64,000 nt of DNA from Rhodanobacter sp. (GTDB lineage: Bacteria; Pseudomonadota; Gammaproteobacteria; Xanthomonadales; Rhodanobacteraceae), in NCBI GenBank assembly GCA_024711345.1, contig JANJTA010000035.1, positions 328,170 to 392,169 on the forward strand, given 5' to 3'. Shown here piece after piece: positions 1 through 9,818 of this stretch. The first letter of the stretch is position 1, and the number at the start of each line of letters is the position of its first letter. The position numbers and the translations under genes are program-made. The notes beneath the pieces were generated by a model. That model did no database searches. It was not told where the DNA came from and saw nothing but the letters and a program-made list of their open reading frames with translations.

Positions 1-143
1 GTACCAGCCGGACCGGCAGGTCGTGGAAGTTCAGCCAAACTGACTGGCGCGAGGCGGCACGCCTCCCGTCTTGCGTGAAGCGGCGCGGCCCCCATCTCGG
101 GAGTTCCGCGCAAACGGCGCCGACGACCTGACGACTTCCCCAC

Positions 144-1991
144 GTGCCGCCCCACCATGCCCCCGAACCGGCCGAATCGACCGAGCTCACGCGCAGTTTC
201 CTGGGCGTGTTCCGCTACAGCGGGCGCGCGCTGGAGCTGGTGTGGAGCACCAGTCGGCCGCTGACCATCGCGCTGGCGCTGCTGACCCTGCTCGCCGGCC
301 TGCTGCCGGCCGGCGTGGCGTATGTCGGTGCGCATATCGTCGACGCGGTGGTCAACGCCAGCCGGTCATGGACCGCCGGTGGCCACGCCTCGCTGCGGCC
401 GGTGTTCGAATGGGTGGCGCTGGAAGGCCTGTTGGTGGCGGCGCTGGCCGGCGCGCAGCGCGGGCTCTCGATGTGCCAGTCGCTGCTGCGCGCGCAACTG
501 GGGCAGCGCGTCAACGTGATGATCCTGGAGAAGGCGCTGACCCTGCAGCTGGCGCACTTCGAGGATTCGGAGTTCTACGACAAGCTCACCCGCGCCCGGC
601 GCGAGGCGTCGAGCCGGCCGCTGTCGCTGGTGACGCGCACGTTCGGGCTGGGCCAGAACGCGATCTCGTTGCTCAGCTACGGCAGCCTGCTGTTCCAGTT
701 CTCGCCGTGGGCAGTGCTGGTGCTGCTGCTGGCCGGGCTGCCGTCGTTCTTTGCCGAGACGAAGTTCTCCGGCGATGCGTTCCGCCTGTTCCGCTGGCGC
801 TCGCCCGAAACGCGCATGCAGCTGTACCTGGAAACCGTGCTGGCGCGCGAGGACCACGCCAAGGAAGTGAAGCTGTTCGGCCTCGGCCCGCTGCTGCTGG
901 GCCGCTACCGCGACATCTTCGACAAGCTCTACCGCGACGACCGCGACCTCACCGTGCGCCGCGAGAGCTGGGGTTTCGGGCTGGGCCTGCTCGGCACGCT
1001 CACGCTGTACGGCGCGTACGCGTGGATCGCCGCCAGCACCGTGATGGCGCGCATCACGCTGGGCCAGATGACGATGTACCTGATGCTGTTCCGCCAGGGC
1101 CAGGCGGCGGTCTCGGCGATGCTGTCGGCGATCGGCGGCATGTACGAGGACAACCTGTACCTGTCCACCCTCTACGAATACCTGGAAACCCCGGTGCCGC
1201 CTTCGCCGGGTATCGCGCAACGCGGCGCAAAGCCCGGCGACGGCATTCGCTTCGAGCATGTCGGTTTTACCTACCCCGGCGCCGGCGAGCCCACGCTGCA
1301 CGACATCAACCTGCACATCCGCCCCGGCGAATCGCTGGCCCTGGTCGGCCAGAACGGCTCGGGCAAGACCACCCTGATCAAGCTGCTGACCCGGCTGTAC
1401 GCGCCCGACAGCGGCCGCATCCTGCTCGACGGCACCGACCTGCGCGACTGGGACGAGGGCGTGCTGCTGCAACGCATCGGCGTGATCTTCCAGGACTTCG
1501 CGCGCTACCAGATGCGCGTGGGCGAGAACGTCGGTGCCGGCGACGTCAGCCATTTCGAGGACGCGGCGCGCTGGCGCGAGGCCAGCGACAAGGGCATGGC
1601 CAGCGAGTTCATCGACAGCCTGCCGGCCGGCTTCGAGACCCAGCTCGGCAAGTGGTTCCACGACGGTCGCGAGCTGTCCGGCGGGCAATGGCAGAAGATC
1701 GCACTGGCGCGTGCCTTCATGCGCTCGCGCGCGGATATCCTGGTGCTGGACGAACCCACCGCCGCGATGGACGCTCAAGCCGAGGCCACCATCTTCGAGC
1801 ACTTCCGCGAACTCTCCGGCGGCCGCATTGCCATCCTGATCTCGCACCGCTTCTCCACCGTGCGCATGGCCGACCAGATCATCGTGATCCAGGACGGCCG
1901 CATCGTGGAACACGGCAGCCACGGGCAGCTGATGGCCGAGAACGGGCATTACGCCCATCTGTTCTCATTGCAGGCGCAAGGGTATCGATGA
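144..1991 (+). CDS. ABC transporter, fused permease/ATPase (type I exporter, MsbA/ABCB-like)
   Basis: 615-aa ORF (GTG start). Hydrophobic N-terminal membrane half. C-terminal NBD with Walker A GQNGSGKTT, signature LSGGQWQKIALARAF, Walker B ILVLDEPTAAMD, H-loop ILISHR. Confidence 0.9.
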   Translation: MPPHHAPEPAESTELTRSFLGVFRYSGRALELVWSTSRPLTIALALLTLLAGLLPAGVAYVGAHIVDAVVNASRSWTAGGHASLRPVFEWVALEGLLVAALAGAQRGLSMCQSLLRAQLGQRVNVMILEKALTLQLAHFEDSEFYDKLTRARREASSRPLSLVTRTFGLGQNAISLLSYGSLLFQFSPWAVLVLLLAGLPSFFAETKFSGDAFRLFRWRSPETRMQLYLETVLAREDHAKEVKLFGLGPLLLGRYRDIFDKLYRDDRDLTVRRESWGFGLGLLGTLTLYGAYAWIAASTVMARITLGQMTMYLMLFRQGQAAVSAMLSAIGGMYEDNLYLSTLYEYLETPVPPSPGIAQRGAKPGDGIRFEHVGFTYPGAGEPTLHDINLHIRPGESLALVGQNGSGKTTLIKLLTRLYAPDSGRILLDGTDLRDWDEGVLLQRIGVIFQDFARYQMRVGENVGAGDVSHFEDAARWREASDKGMASEFIDSLPAGFETQLGKWFHDGRELSGGQWQKIALARAFMRSRADILVLDEPTAAMDAQAEATIFEHFRELSGGRIAILISHRFSTVRMADQIIVIQDGRIVEHGSHGQLMAENGHYAHLFSLQAQGYR

Positions 1992-2134
1992 GGACGCGAC
2001 GACATCAGTTGCTGGCCGGAAGACTCCACTTTGAAGGGCGGCACGCTCGATGTTGAAGCCGGCCCCAGGGAGGGTCTGAGCAAGCCGTCATCGGGGAACC
2101 GGGGCTCTTCCGGGAGGGCAGCCCACGGCATTGT

Positions 2135-3235
2135 TCAACGGCGACCCGCGGCATTGACCGGCACCATGACCATCGGCGAAGGCTTTTTCAGCGAAGCATC
2201 GCCATCGCCCGCCGCCATCGATACCATGCGGCCACCGTTGACATAGTCGATCTCCCTCGTGTCGTCGCTGAATACCTTGCGCGACTGTTCGATCCGATCA
2301 GGAGCAGCCTGGCCAGTCAGATCAAGCCGCAGCATATGCGCAATCTCGGCGCCGCTAGCCCGCATCGCGGTCTTCAGCGCATCACCCTGGTTGGCTGCCC
2401 ACGCTTCTGCCAGGTACTGGGCGCGGGTATCGGCATCCCAGACTGGCAGGGTAGCCTGAGCCAACCGCTGGCGATGCTCAACCTGCTCCTGGTTGATCTT
2501 CGTGCGCAAGCGGGCCGCTTCCGAGTCGCGCCGATTCGGCTCGGCGTTTGCCTTCGCGATGTCGTCATCGACGTGCAATGCGGAATAACGCTGGCTCTCC
2601 TGCGCCACCATACGCTTGCTGTCTTCCGCGGTTTTCTGCGGCGCCACCTGGCGCTCCGACTGATAAACCAGCACGTTCCGATAAACTGGTTTATCCGGGG
2701 TCGCGCCGACATCCTGAATCGAAACAGTCGCGATCACTTGCAGTGCTGAAAAATCCGGCGTCATCGAATACGTGGTTTGCACCAGCAAACGACGGGCCGT
2801 GGAGATCGGCCTGGTTGACGTCATTGTGTAGTTACCGAAATGCCCGGATTGCGGGGCCAATGCCTGCTGCAACGAGTCGCTCAGCGCCGACCTCGCATCA
2901 AACCCCTGCAGCGCCACGCGCAACGGTTGCACGTGCGCCTCGGCGAAACGCTTTGCCTCCGCTTTGACTGCGGCATTCACGATCGCCATGCCGAGTGCGC
3001 CACCGGCTGCTGCTGCCACGATCGGCACGCCAGGCCCAGGCACCACGTCGATGTTGGCGGCAGTAAAAGTATCCTGCGCAGCCAAGCTGTCCTGCTCAAT
3101 GACCTCAACCACCGGCAGCGGCTCTAGCGCCTGCAGTTGTGCCGAACTCGGCCGTATCACCTGCGCCTGCTGCGCACAGCCTCCCAGCCCCAACACCGTT
3201 GCCATGGCAACGGCCAACTTGCTTCCTCGATTCAT
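2135..3235 (-). CDS. hypothetical lipoprotein (no recognisable family)
   Basis: ORF 2135..3289. The internal ATG at 3235 gives MNRGSKLAVAMATVLGLGGC, a signal peptide plus lipobox. A Gly/Ala-rich hydrophobic stretch is followed by a charged helical C-terminal half. G+C is lower than in neighbouring genes. Confidence 0.6.
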   Translation of the reverse strand: MNRGSKLAVAMATVLGLGGCAQQAQVIRPSSAQLQALEPLPVVEVIEQDSLAAQDTFTAANIDVVPGPGVPIVAAAAGGALGMAIVNAAVKAEAKRFAEAHVQPLRVALQGFDARSALSDSLQQALAPQSGHFGNYTMTSTRPISTARRLLVQTTYSMTPDFSALQVIATVSIQDVGATPDKPVYRNVLVYQSERQVAPQKTAEDSKRMVAQESQRYSALHVDDDIAKANAEPNRRDSEAARLRTKINQEQVEHRQRLAQATLPVWDADTRAQYLAEAWAANQGDALKTAMRASGAEIAHMLRLDLTGQAAPDRIEQSRKVFSDDTREIDYVNGGRMVSMAAGDGDASLKKPSPMVMVPVNAAGRR

Positions 3236-3529
3236 GCTCTTCCCCTGAGTGGATCTGATGGTCAGATCACGCCATGCCCGACGCGGCATGGCGAACTGGC
3301 GTGCAACTCTAGTCTCCCGTTCCGCGCAGCGACAAGCCGGCAGCTAGCCGCAATAAATTGCGCCATGTCGCGACATGGGCCGGCCATTGGCATCATCCAG
3401 GATCGGTTCAAACATCTGGCCCGGTTCTCGCCCGCGAACACCGTCGGCGTGGCGCATTCGCCAGCCAGCTTGACCATGCCCGCCCGCGCGCCCCATGCTT
3501 TGCTGTCTTTTTCCGATCGAAACACCCGC

Positions 3530-5419
3530 ATGAGCAGTCGCTACAACGCCGCCGACATCGAAGTTCTCTCCGGCCTGGATCCGGTCAAGCGCCGGCCGGG
3601 CATGTACACCGACACCACCCGCCCGAACCATCTGGTGCAGGAAGTGGTGGACAACTCGGTGGACGAGGCGTTGGCCGGCCATGCGAAGAGCATCGAGGTG
3701 GTGTTGCATGGCGACGGCTCGGTGTCGGTGAGCGACGACGGCCGCGGCATGCCGGTGGACATCCACCCCGAGGAGGGTGTGTCCGGCGTCGAGCTGATCA
3801 TGACCCGGCTGCATGCGGGCGGAAAATTCAGCGGCAAGAACTACAACTTCTCCGGCGGTTTGCATGGCGTGGGCGTGTCGGTGGTGAACGCGCTGTCGGA
3901 AAAGGTCGAGGTGACGATCCGCCGCGACGGTTCCGAGTACCGCATGGTGTTCGCGCACGGCGACAAGGTCAGTCCGCTGGAAGTGATCGGCACGGTGCCG
4001 AAAAAACGCAGCGGCACCACGTTGCGCTTCTGGCCCGAGGCAAAGTACTTCGATTCGCCGAAGATCTCGCTGCCGAAGCTCAAGCACCTGCTGCGCGCCA
4101 AGGCGGTGCTGTGCGCCGGCCTCAACGTGAAGCTCACCGACGAGGCCTCCAGCGAAGTCGTCGAGTGGCATTACGAGGACGGCCTGCGCGACTACCTGCG
4201 TGGCGAACTCGACGGCATCGAGGCATTGCCGAACGAGCTGTTCGTGCATCACATGGCGCGCGACGTGGAAGGCCTGGAAGTGGCGCTGGCCTGGTTGCCG
4301 GAAGGCGAGCTGGTGCAGGAGAGCTACGTCAACCTGATTCCCACCGCGCAGGGCGGCACCCACGTCAACGGCCTGCGCAGCGGCCTGACCACCGCGGTGC
4401 GCGAGTTCTGCGACATCCGCAACCTGCTGCCCCGCGGCGTGAAGCTGGCGCCGGAGGACGTGTGGGAGCGGCTCGCGTTCGTGCTCTCCACGCGGCTGCA
4501 GGATCCGCAGTTTGCCGGCCAGACCAAGGAGCGGCTGTCCTCGCGCCACGCCGCCGGTCTGGTCGAGAACGTCATCCATGACGCCTTCAGCCTGTGGTTG
4601 AACCAGAACGTGGAGACGGGCGAGCGCATCGCGCAACTGGCGATCGAACGCGCCAGCGCGCGGTTGAAGGCGGCCAAGCAGATCGTGCGCAAGAAGATCA
4701 CCCAGGGTCCGCAGCTTCCCGGCAAGCTGGCCGACTGCACCGCCACCGACCTCACCCGCACCGAGCTGTTCCTGGTCGAGGGCGATTCAGCCGGCGGCAG
4801 CGCCAAGCAGGCGCGCGACAAGGAGTTCCAGGCGATCCTGCCGCTGCGCGGCAAGATACTCAACACCTGGGAAGTGGAGTCCACCTCGGTACTGGCTTCC
4901 GAGGAAGTGCACAACCTCGCGGTGGCGATCGGCTGCGATCCCGGCAAGGACGACCTTTCCGGCCTGCGCTACGGCAAGGTGATCATCCTCGCCGACGCCG
5001 ACTCCGATGGCCTGCACATCGCCACCCTGCTGTCGGCGCTGTTCCTCAGGCATTTCCCGAAGCTGGTCAGCGAAGGCCACGTGTTCGTGGCGATGCCGCC
5101 GCTGTTCCGCGTCGACGTGGGCAAGCAGGTGTTCTACTGCCTCGACGAGGCCGAGAAGGAAGCGATGCTGCAGCGGATCGAGCGCGAGAAGATGAAGGGT
5201 GCGGTCAGCACCACCCGCTTCAAGGGCCTGGGCGAGATGAACCCGCCGCAGTTGCGCGAGTCGACCATCCACCCGGACACCCGTCGATTGGTGCAGCTCA
5301 CCGTGGACGACGGCGACGGTACCGCGCGCATCATGGACCTGCTGCTGGCAAAGAAGCGCGCCGGCGACCGCAAGTCCTGGCTGGAGGAAAAGGGCGACCT
5401 GGCCACGCTGGAAGTGTGA
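3530..5419 (+). CDS. parE: DNA topoisomerase IV subunit B
   Basis: ATG 3530 is in frame within ORF 3137..5419 and gives 629 aa. GHKL ATPase motifs ([24 protein letters not shown]), TOPRIM ([16 protein letters not shown]), C-terminal GLGEMNP. The length fits ParE rather than GyrB. Confidence 0.93.
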   Translation: MSSRYNAADIEVLSGLDPVKRRPGMYTDTTRPNHLVQEVVDNSVDEALAGHAKSIEVVLHGDGSVSVSDDGRGMPVDIHPEEGVSGVELIMTRLHAGGKFSGKNYNFSGGLHGVGVSVVNALSEKVEVTIRRDGSEYRMVFAHGDKVSPLEVIGTVPKKRSGTTLRFWPEAKYFDSPKISLPKLKHLLRAKAVLCAGLNVKLTDEASSEVVEWHYEDGLRDYLRGELDGIEALPNELFVHHMARDVEGLEVALAWLPEGELVQESYVNLIPTAQGGTHVNGLRSGLTTAVREFCDIRNLLPRGVKLAPEDVWERLAFVLSTRLQDPQFAGQTKERLSSRHAAGLVENVIHDAFSLWLNQNVETGERIAQLAIERASARLKAAKQIVRKKITQGPQLPGKLADCTATDLTRTELFLVEGDSAGGSAKQARDKEFQAILPLRGKILNTWEVESTSVLASEEVHNLAVAIGCDPGKDDLSGLRYGKVIILADADSDGLHIATLLSALFLRHFPKLVSEGHVFVAMPPLFRVDVGKQVFYCLDEAEKEAMLQRIEREKMKGAVSTTRFKGLGEMNPPQLRESTIHPDTRRLVQLTVDDGDGTARIMDLLLAKKRAGDRKSWLEEKGDLATLEV

Positions 5420-5465
5420 TTGGCACGCTGGCGCTAAGATGCACGCATCACATGCGAGCGACGCC

Positions 5466-5987
5466 ATGGCCCTGACCCCGCCCATCAACCTCGAGCGCTG
5501 GATCGACGAGCACCGCCACCTGCTGAAGCCGCCGGTGGGCAACAAGTGCATCGTCGACGGCGACTTCATCATCATGATCGTGGGCGGCCCCAACGCGCGC
5601 ACCGACTACCACTACGACGAAGGCCCCGAGTTCTTCTACCAGCTCGAAGGCGAGATCACGCTGAAGGTGCAGGACGACGGCGTGGCCCGCGACATACCGC
5701 TGCGCGCCGGCGAAATCTTCTACCTGCCGCCGCGCGTGCCGCATTCGCCGAACCGCGCCGCCGGCTCCATCGGGCTGGTGATCGAGCGCCGCCGCGTGGC
5801 GGGCGAAAAGGATGGACTGATGTGGTTCTGCGAGCGCTGCAACCACAAGCTGTACGAGGAATACTTCGTGCTGGACAGCATCGAGCACGATTTCCCGCCG
5901 GTGTTCGAGCGCTTCTACCGCTCGGTCGATGCGCGCACCTGCGCCGCCTGCGGCCACCTCAACCCGGCGCCGCCGAAATACGGGTAG
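5466..5987 (+). CDS. nbaC: 3-hydroxyanthranilate 3,4-dioxygenase
   Basis: ORF 5439..5987, likely ATG at 5466 ([26 protein letters not shown]). Cupin core [15 protein letters not shown]...PPRVPHSP and a C-terminal CERC...CAAC metal site typical of bacterial 3-HAO. Confidence 0.87.
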   Translation: MALTPPINLERWIDEHRHLLKPPVGNKCIVDGDFIIMIVGGPNARTDYHYDEGPEFFYQLEGEITLKVQDDGVARDIPLRAGEIFYLPPRVPHSPNRAAGSIGLVIERRRVAGEKDGLMWFCERCNHKLYEEYFVLDSIEHDFPPVFERFYRSVDARTCAACGHLNPAPPKYG

Positions 5988-6061
5988 CAGCCCGCTTGCG
6001 GGCGATGCTCCTGACCGGGATTTGCAGAAGTCGAAAGCATCGCCCGCGAGCGGGCTCCTAC
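5984..6061. repeat. GTAG-type REP inverted pair (arms 5984-6010 and 6037-6061)
   Basis: GTAGCAGCCCGCTTGCGGGCGATGCTC ... GCATCGCCCGCGAGCGGGCTCCTAC. The same unit recurs at 11901, 41624/41707 and 54348/54417. It lies between convergent nbaC and NUDIX genes and contains both stop codons. Confidence 0.85.
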
Positions 6062-6609
6062 CGGTGACGGACGAGCCACTTGCGCGCCATGCGCCGCAAC
6101 GAAACGTCCAGGCTTTCGTCCCCCGCCACTTCGATCACCGCTCGCCAGGCCAGCGCACGGGATTCCTGGTTGATCGTGAAGCACTCGTCCGCGCCAGCGC
6201 GCACCACGTAGCGCACGTCGTAATGCCAGTGCTCCGGCTCGCTGCCGCGTGCCGGGATGCGATGCCGGTCCAGGTCGAAGATGCTCCCTTCGACACGCAG
6301 GCCGGCCACGCCGGTCTCCTCCTGTGCCTCGCGCAGCGCCACCCGTGCCAGCTCGGCATCACCGTCTGCGTGGCCACCCGGCTGCAGCCAGCGATCCAGC
6401 TTGCGGTGATGCATCAGCAGCACGCGCCCGCCATCGGCGCTGACCAGCCAGGCCGAGCCGGTGAAGTGGCCCAGCAGGTGACTACGCTCGAACACCGCAG
6501 CATGCGACGCAAGGAAAACCCTGAACGCGGCAACCAGCTCGTCCTCCCCGGGATGGCGTGTGCGATAGTCGTCCAGTGCAGCGCCCAGCTGCGGAAAATG
6601 CGATGGCAT
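6058..6609 (-). CDS. NUDIX hydrolase
   Basis: 183 aa with Nudix box GGHADGDAELARVALREAQEETG. Confidence 0.85.
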   Translation of the reverse strand: MPSHFPQLGAALDDYRTRHPGEDELVAAFRVFLASHAAVFERSHLLGHFTGSAWLVSADGGRVLLMHHRKLDRWLQPGGHADGDAELARVALREAQEETGVAGLRVEGSIFDLDRHRIPARGSEPEHWHYDVRYVVRAGADECFTINQESRALAWRAVIEVAGDESLDVSLRRMARKWLVRHR

Positions 6610-6774
6610 GACTTGTGGCAGGTGACGGGAAAAACAGCGGCCATTCTAGCTGCATCGCGTCTTGTACCCCTTCCAGCGCTCCGCTAAGGTTGGCCGTCCG
6701 TCGGCTCGTCGCGTCCCTCTTCGTCGCGTTTCCGTTCGAGCGCGACGCCGCTGTTTCCCCGGGGGAGCCACTGC

Positions 6775-8259
6775 ATGCTGTTCAAGCGCGTCAAACCGAT
6801 CGACCAGATCATCGCCACGGCGGAGAAGAAAAGTCTCACCCGTCAGCTCGGCGCCTTCCAGCTCACCATGCTCGGCATCGGCGCGATCATCGGCACCGGC
6901 ATCTTCGTGCTCACCGCCGAGGCGGGCCAGAAGGCCGGCCCCGGCATGATGATCGCCTTTGTGATCGCCGCAGTGGTATGCGCGTTCGCCGCGCTGGCCT
7001 ACGCCGAACTCGCATCGATGGTGCCGGTGGCCGGCTCGGCCTATACCTACACCTACGGCGTGCTCGGCGAGGGTACCGCCTGGGTGGTGGGCTGGGCACT
7101 GGTGCTGGAATACACCATCGCCGCCAGCACCGTGTGCGTGGGCTGGGCCGGCTATGTCAACGGCCTCCTTACGCATGCCGGATTCGGCCTGCCGCACTTC
7201 CTGCAGGTGGGCCCGATGGACGGCGGCAGCTTCAACCTGCTGGCCTGCCTGATCGGCCTGGCGATTACCGGCCTGCTGGTGATCGGCACCTCGAAGTCGG
7301 CCAAGGTCAACACCGTACTGGTGCTGATCAAGATCGTCGCGCTCACCGCCTTCATCATCGTCGCGCTGCCGGCGGTGAAGGATCCGAACTTCACGCCGTT
7401 CGTGCCCAATGGCTGGGGCAGCCCGATGGGCGGCATCGGCGTGCTGGGCGCGGCGGCTTCCATCGTGTTCGCCTACATCGGCTTCGACGCGATCTCCACC
7501 GCGGCCGAGGAAACCAAGAACCCGAACCGTAACATCCCGATCGCCCTGATCGCCTCGCTGGGCGTGTGCACCATCTACTACCTGCTGGTGAGCTACGCCG
7601 CGGTAGGCTCGGTGGGCGCGCAGCCGATGCTGGGCCCGGACGGCGTGGCGCTGGAACCGGGCACGCCCGCGTTCGCGGCGGCCTGCCAGGGTTCGGACGC
7701 GCTGGTGTGCAGCAAGGAGGCGCTGGCCCATGTGATTCGCCTGCTCGGCCACAACAACACCGCCGCCTTCATCGCCTTCGCCGCCGGCATCGCGCTGCCG
7801 TCGGTGATCCTGACCATGACCTACGGTCAGACCCGCATCTTCTTCACCATGTCGCGCGACGGCCTGTTGCCGAGTTCGCTGGCGAAGATCCACCCGCGCT
7901 TCCACACGCCGCACGTGATCACCCTGATCACCGGCAGCTTCGTTGCGCTGTTCGGTGCGCTGTTCCCGGTGGGCATCCTCGCCGACATCACCAACTCGGG
8001 CACGCTGTTCGCCTTCATCATGGTGGCGGTGGGCGTGCTGATCCTGCGCCGTACCCAACCCGCGCGCCCGCGCCCGTTCCGTACCCCGCTGCCGTGGCTG
8101 ATCTGTCCGCTGGCGATCCTCGGCTGCCTGCTGCTGTTCCTCAACCTGTCGAAGGAAGCCAAGATCACCTTCTTCGTCTGGGGCGTGATCGGCCTGGTGG
8201 TGTACTTCCTGTACGGCTACCGCAAGAGCAACTTGGCCCGCGGCGTCGAAGCGGACTGA
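6775..8259 (+). CDS. amino acid permease (APC superfamily, cationic amino acid transporter-like)
   Basis: 494 aa with about 12 or more hydrophobic segments. N-terminal APC motif LGIGAIIGTGIF. GGGGAG Shine-Dalgarno before the ATG. Confidence 0.9.
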   Translation: MLFKRVKPIDQIIATAEKKSLTRQLGAFQLTMLGIGAIIGTGIFVLTAEAGQKAGPGMMIAFVIAAVVCAFAALAYAELASMVPVAGSAYTYTYGVLGEGTAWVVGWALVLEYTIAASTVCVGWAGYVNGLLTHAGFGLPHFLQVGPMDGGSFNLLACLIGLAITGLLVIGTSKSAKVNTVLVLIKIVALTAFIIVALPAVKDPNFTPFVPNGWGSPMGGIGVLGAAASIVFAYIGFDAISTAAEETKNPNRNIPIALIASLGVCTIYYLLVSYAAVGSVGAQPMLGPDGVALEPGTPAFAAACQGSDALVCSKEALAHVIRLLGHNNTAAFIAFAAGIALPSVILTMTYGQTRIFFTMSRDGLLPSSLAKIHPRFHTPHVITLITGSFVALFGALFPVGILADITNSGTLFAFIMVAVGVLILRRTQPARPRPFRTPLPWLICPLAILGCLLLFLNLSKEAKITFFVWGVIGLVVYFLYGYRKSNLARGVEAD

Positions 8260-8289
8260 TCCTGCCCCACGCACGCTGATCGCCACGCC

Positions 8290-8315
8290 GCCGGCACGAC
8301 TCCCGTCGTGCCGGC
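8290..8315 (+). terminator. GC-rich hairpin between the two permease genes (terminator-like, weak U tract)
   Basis: GCCGGCACGAC-TCCC-GTCGTGCCGGC, an 11-bp perfect stem 31 nt after the stop of the first permease. It is followed only by CTTAC. Confidence 0.35.
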
Positions 8316-8333
8316 CTTACGTCCGGAAGCCAC

Positions 8334-9818
8334 ATGCTCAAGCAACTGCTCGCCCGCAAGACCGACTTCAACGAACCCGACGACACGCATGGGCCCACCC
8401 TGCGTCGCACGCTCGGTCCCTGGGGGCTCACTGCGTTGGGCATCGGCGCGGTGATCGGCGGCGGCATCTTCGTGATCACCGGTCAGGCAGCGGCCGACCA
8501 TGCCGGACCGGCGGTGATCCTGTCCTTCATCCTGGCGGCGATCTGCAGCACGTTCACCGCGCTGTGCTACGCCGAGTTCGCCACGCTGATCCCGGTCTCC
8601 GGCAGCGCCTATTCCTACGCCTACGCCACGCTGGGTGAGCTGATGGCGTGGTTCATCGGCTGGAACCTGGTGCTGGAATACGGCGTGTCGGCGTCCGCCG
8701 TGGCGGTGAGCTGGACCGGCTATTTCCTCAGCCTGCTCCAGCATATCGGCACCACTTTCAACATGGACCTGAGCCTGCCCGCGGCGCTGACCCAGGCGCC
8801 GCTGGCATTCACCGCCGATCACCAGCTGGTTGCCACCGGGGCGCTGTTCAACCTGCCGGCGGTGGCGCTGATCCTGCTGCTCACCTGGATCTGCTACGTC
8901 GGCATCCGCGAGTCGAGCCTGGCCAATGCGGCCATGGTGGCGCTCAAGGTCGGCCTGATCACCCTGGTGATCGTGGTCGGCTGGCGCTACGTCGACCCGT
9001 CCAACTGGACCCCGTTCGTGCCGGAGTCGCAGGGCCACTACAAGTACGGCTGGGACGGCGTGCTGCGCGGCGCGGCAATGGTGTTCTTCGCCTACATCGG
9101 CTTCGAGGCCACCTCGGTGGCCGCGCAGGAATCGCGCAACCCGCAGCGCGACCTGCCGATCGGCATCCTCGCCTCGCTGGCGATCTGCACCGTGCTGTAC
9201 ATCGCGATGGCCGCAGTGATGACCGGCCTGACTTCGTACACCCTGCTCGGTACCGACGAACCGGTGGTGACTGCCCTGCACGGCCACCCGCAACTGGAAT
9301 GGTTGCGCTGGCTGGTGGAGGTCGGCGCGCTGCTCGGCCTGTCGTCCGTGGTGCTGGTGATGATCATCGCGCAGCCGCGCATCTTCATGATCATGGGCCG
9401 CGACGGCATGCTGCCGAAGGTGTTCACCCGCATCCACCCGCGCTACCGCACGCCGCACCTCAACACGCTGATCACCGGTGCCGGCATCGCCCTGCTCGCC
9501 GCGATCTTTCCGCTGGACGTGCTGGGCGACCTGGTGTCGATGGGCACGCTGATCGCGTTCATGGCGGTTTGCGCCGGCGTGTGGATCCTGCGGCATACCC
9601 GGCCGGAACTGCCGCGCACGTTCCGGGTACCGTTCGCGCCGGTGATCTGCACGCTCGGCATCCTCAGCTGCCTCGCCCTGCTGTCCACGATGGCCTGGTA
9701 CAACTGGTCGCTGATGATCGTCTGGACCCTGCTCGGGTTGGTGATCTATTTCAGCTACGGCAACCGGCACAGCCACCTGCGCGCCCCGGTGGCGGACTCT
9801 GCTGCCACAGACCCGTAA
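8334..9818 (+). CDS. amino acid permease (APC superfamily), paralogue of 6775..8259
   Basis: 494 aa. Motif LGIGAVIGGGIF and colinear similarity to the upstream permease over its full length. Confidence 0.9.
   Translation: MLKQLLARKTDFNEPDDTHGPTLRRTLGPWGLTALGIGAVIGGGIFVITGQAAADHAGPAVILSFILAAICSTFTALCYAEFATLIPVSGSAYSYAYATLGELMAWFIGWNLVLEYGVSASAVAVSWTGYFLSLLQHIGTTFNMDLSLPAALTQAPLAFTADHQLVATGALFNLPAVALILLLTWICYVGIRESSLANAAMVALKVGLITLVIVVGWRYVDPSNWTPFVPESQGHYKYGWDGVLRGAAMVFFAYIGFEATSVAAQESRNPQRDLPIGILASLAICTVLYIAMAAVMTGLTSYTLLGTDEPVVTALHGHPQLEWLRWLVEVGALLGLSSVVLVMIIAQPRIFMIMGRDGMLPKVFTRIHPRYRTPHLNTLITGAGIALLAAIFPLDVLGDLVSMGTLIAFMAVCAGVWILRHTRPELPRTFRVPFAPVICTLGILSCLALLSTMAWYNWSLMIVWTLLGLVIYFSYGNRHSHLRAPVADSAATDP

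Noticed and set aside
1-143. Possible 5' end of a minus-strand gene running off the left edge (ATG complement near 93-95).
   Set aside because: Too short to evaluate and no recognisable motif.
366-1958. 530-aa ORF antisense to the ABC transporter. There are many similar long ORFs on the opposite strand or in other frames of real genes (e.g. 3344..4636, 6646..8286, 8217..9827, 11799..13559, 18545..19891, 27072..28718, 36555..38015, 54911..56698).
   Set aside because: These are typical shadow ORFs of high-GC DNA. Their products are Arg/Ala/Gly/Pro-rich low-complexity strings without motifs, while the overlapping frame encodes a recognisable conserved protein.
3251-3377. Palindromes in the lipoprotein/parE divergent region (GATCTGA-TGG-TCAGATC; GCCATGCC-N6-GGCATGGC; the perfect 14-mer CATGTCGCGACATG at 3364-3377).
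   Set aside because: Palindromes of this length are expected several times by chance in 64 kb of biased-composition DNA, and there is no supporting context.
3137-3529. 131-codon N-terminal extension of the parE ORF. Analogous upstream extensions affect hisA, hisH, hisC, hisG, asd, aroC, rimO, psd, greB and others.
   Set aside because: Each conserved protein begins at an internal ATG/GTG that matches the known family N-terminus and often abuts the preceding gene. The extensions have no coding character.
6610-6774. Possible riboswitch in the 5' UTR of the first amino-acid permease (hairpin CGTCGCG-N12-CGCGACG).
   Set aside because: No match to lysine, glycine or other amino-acid riboswitch cores that I can recognise. 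A single simple hairpin is insufficient evidence.
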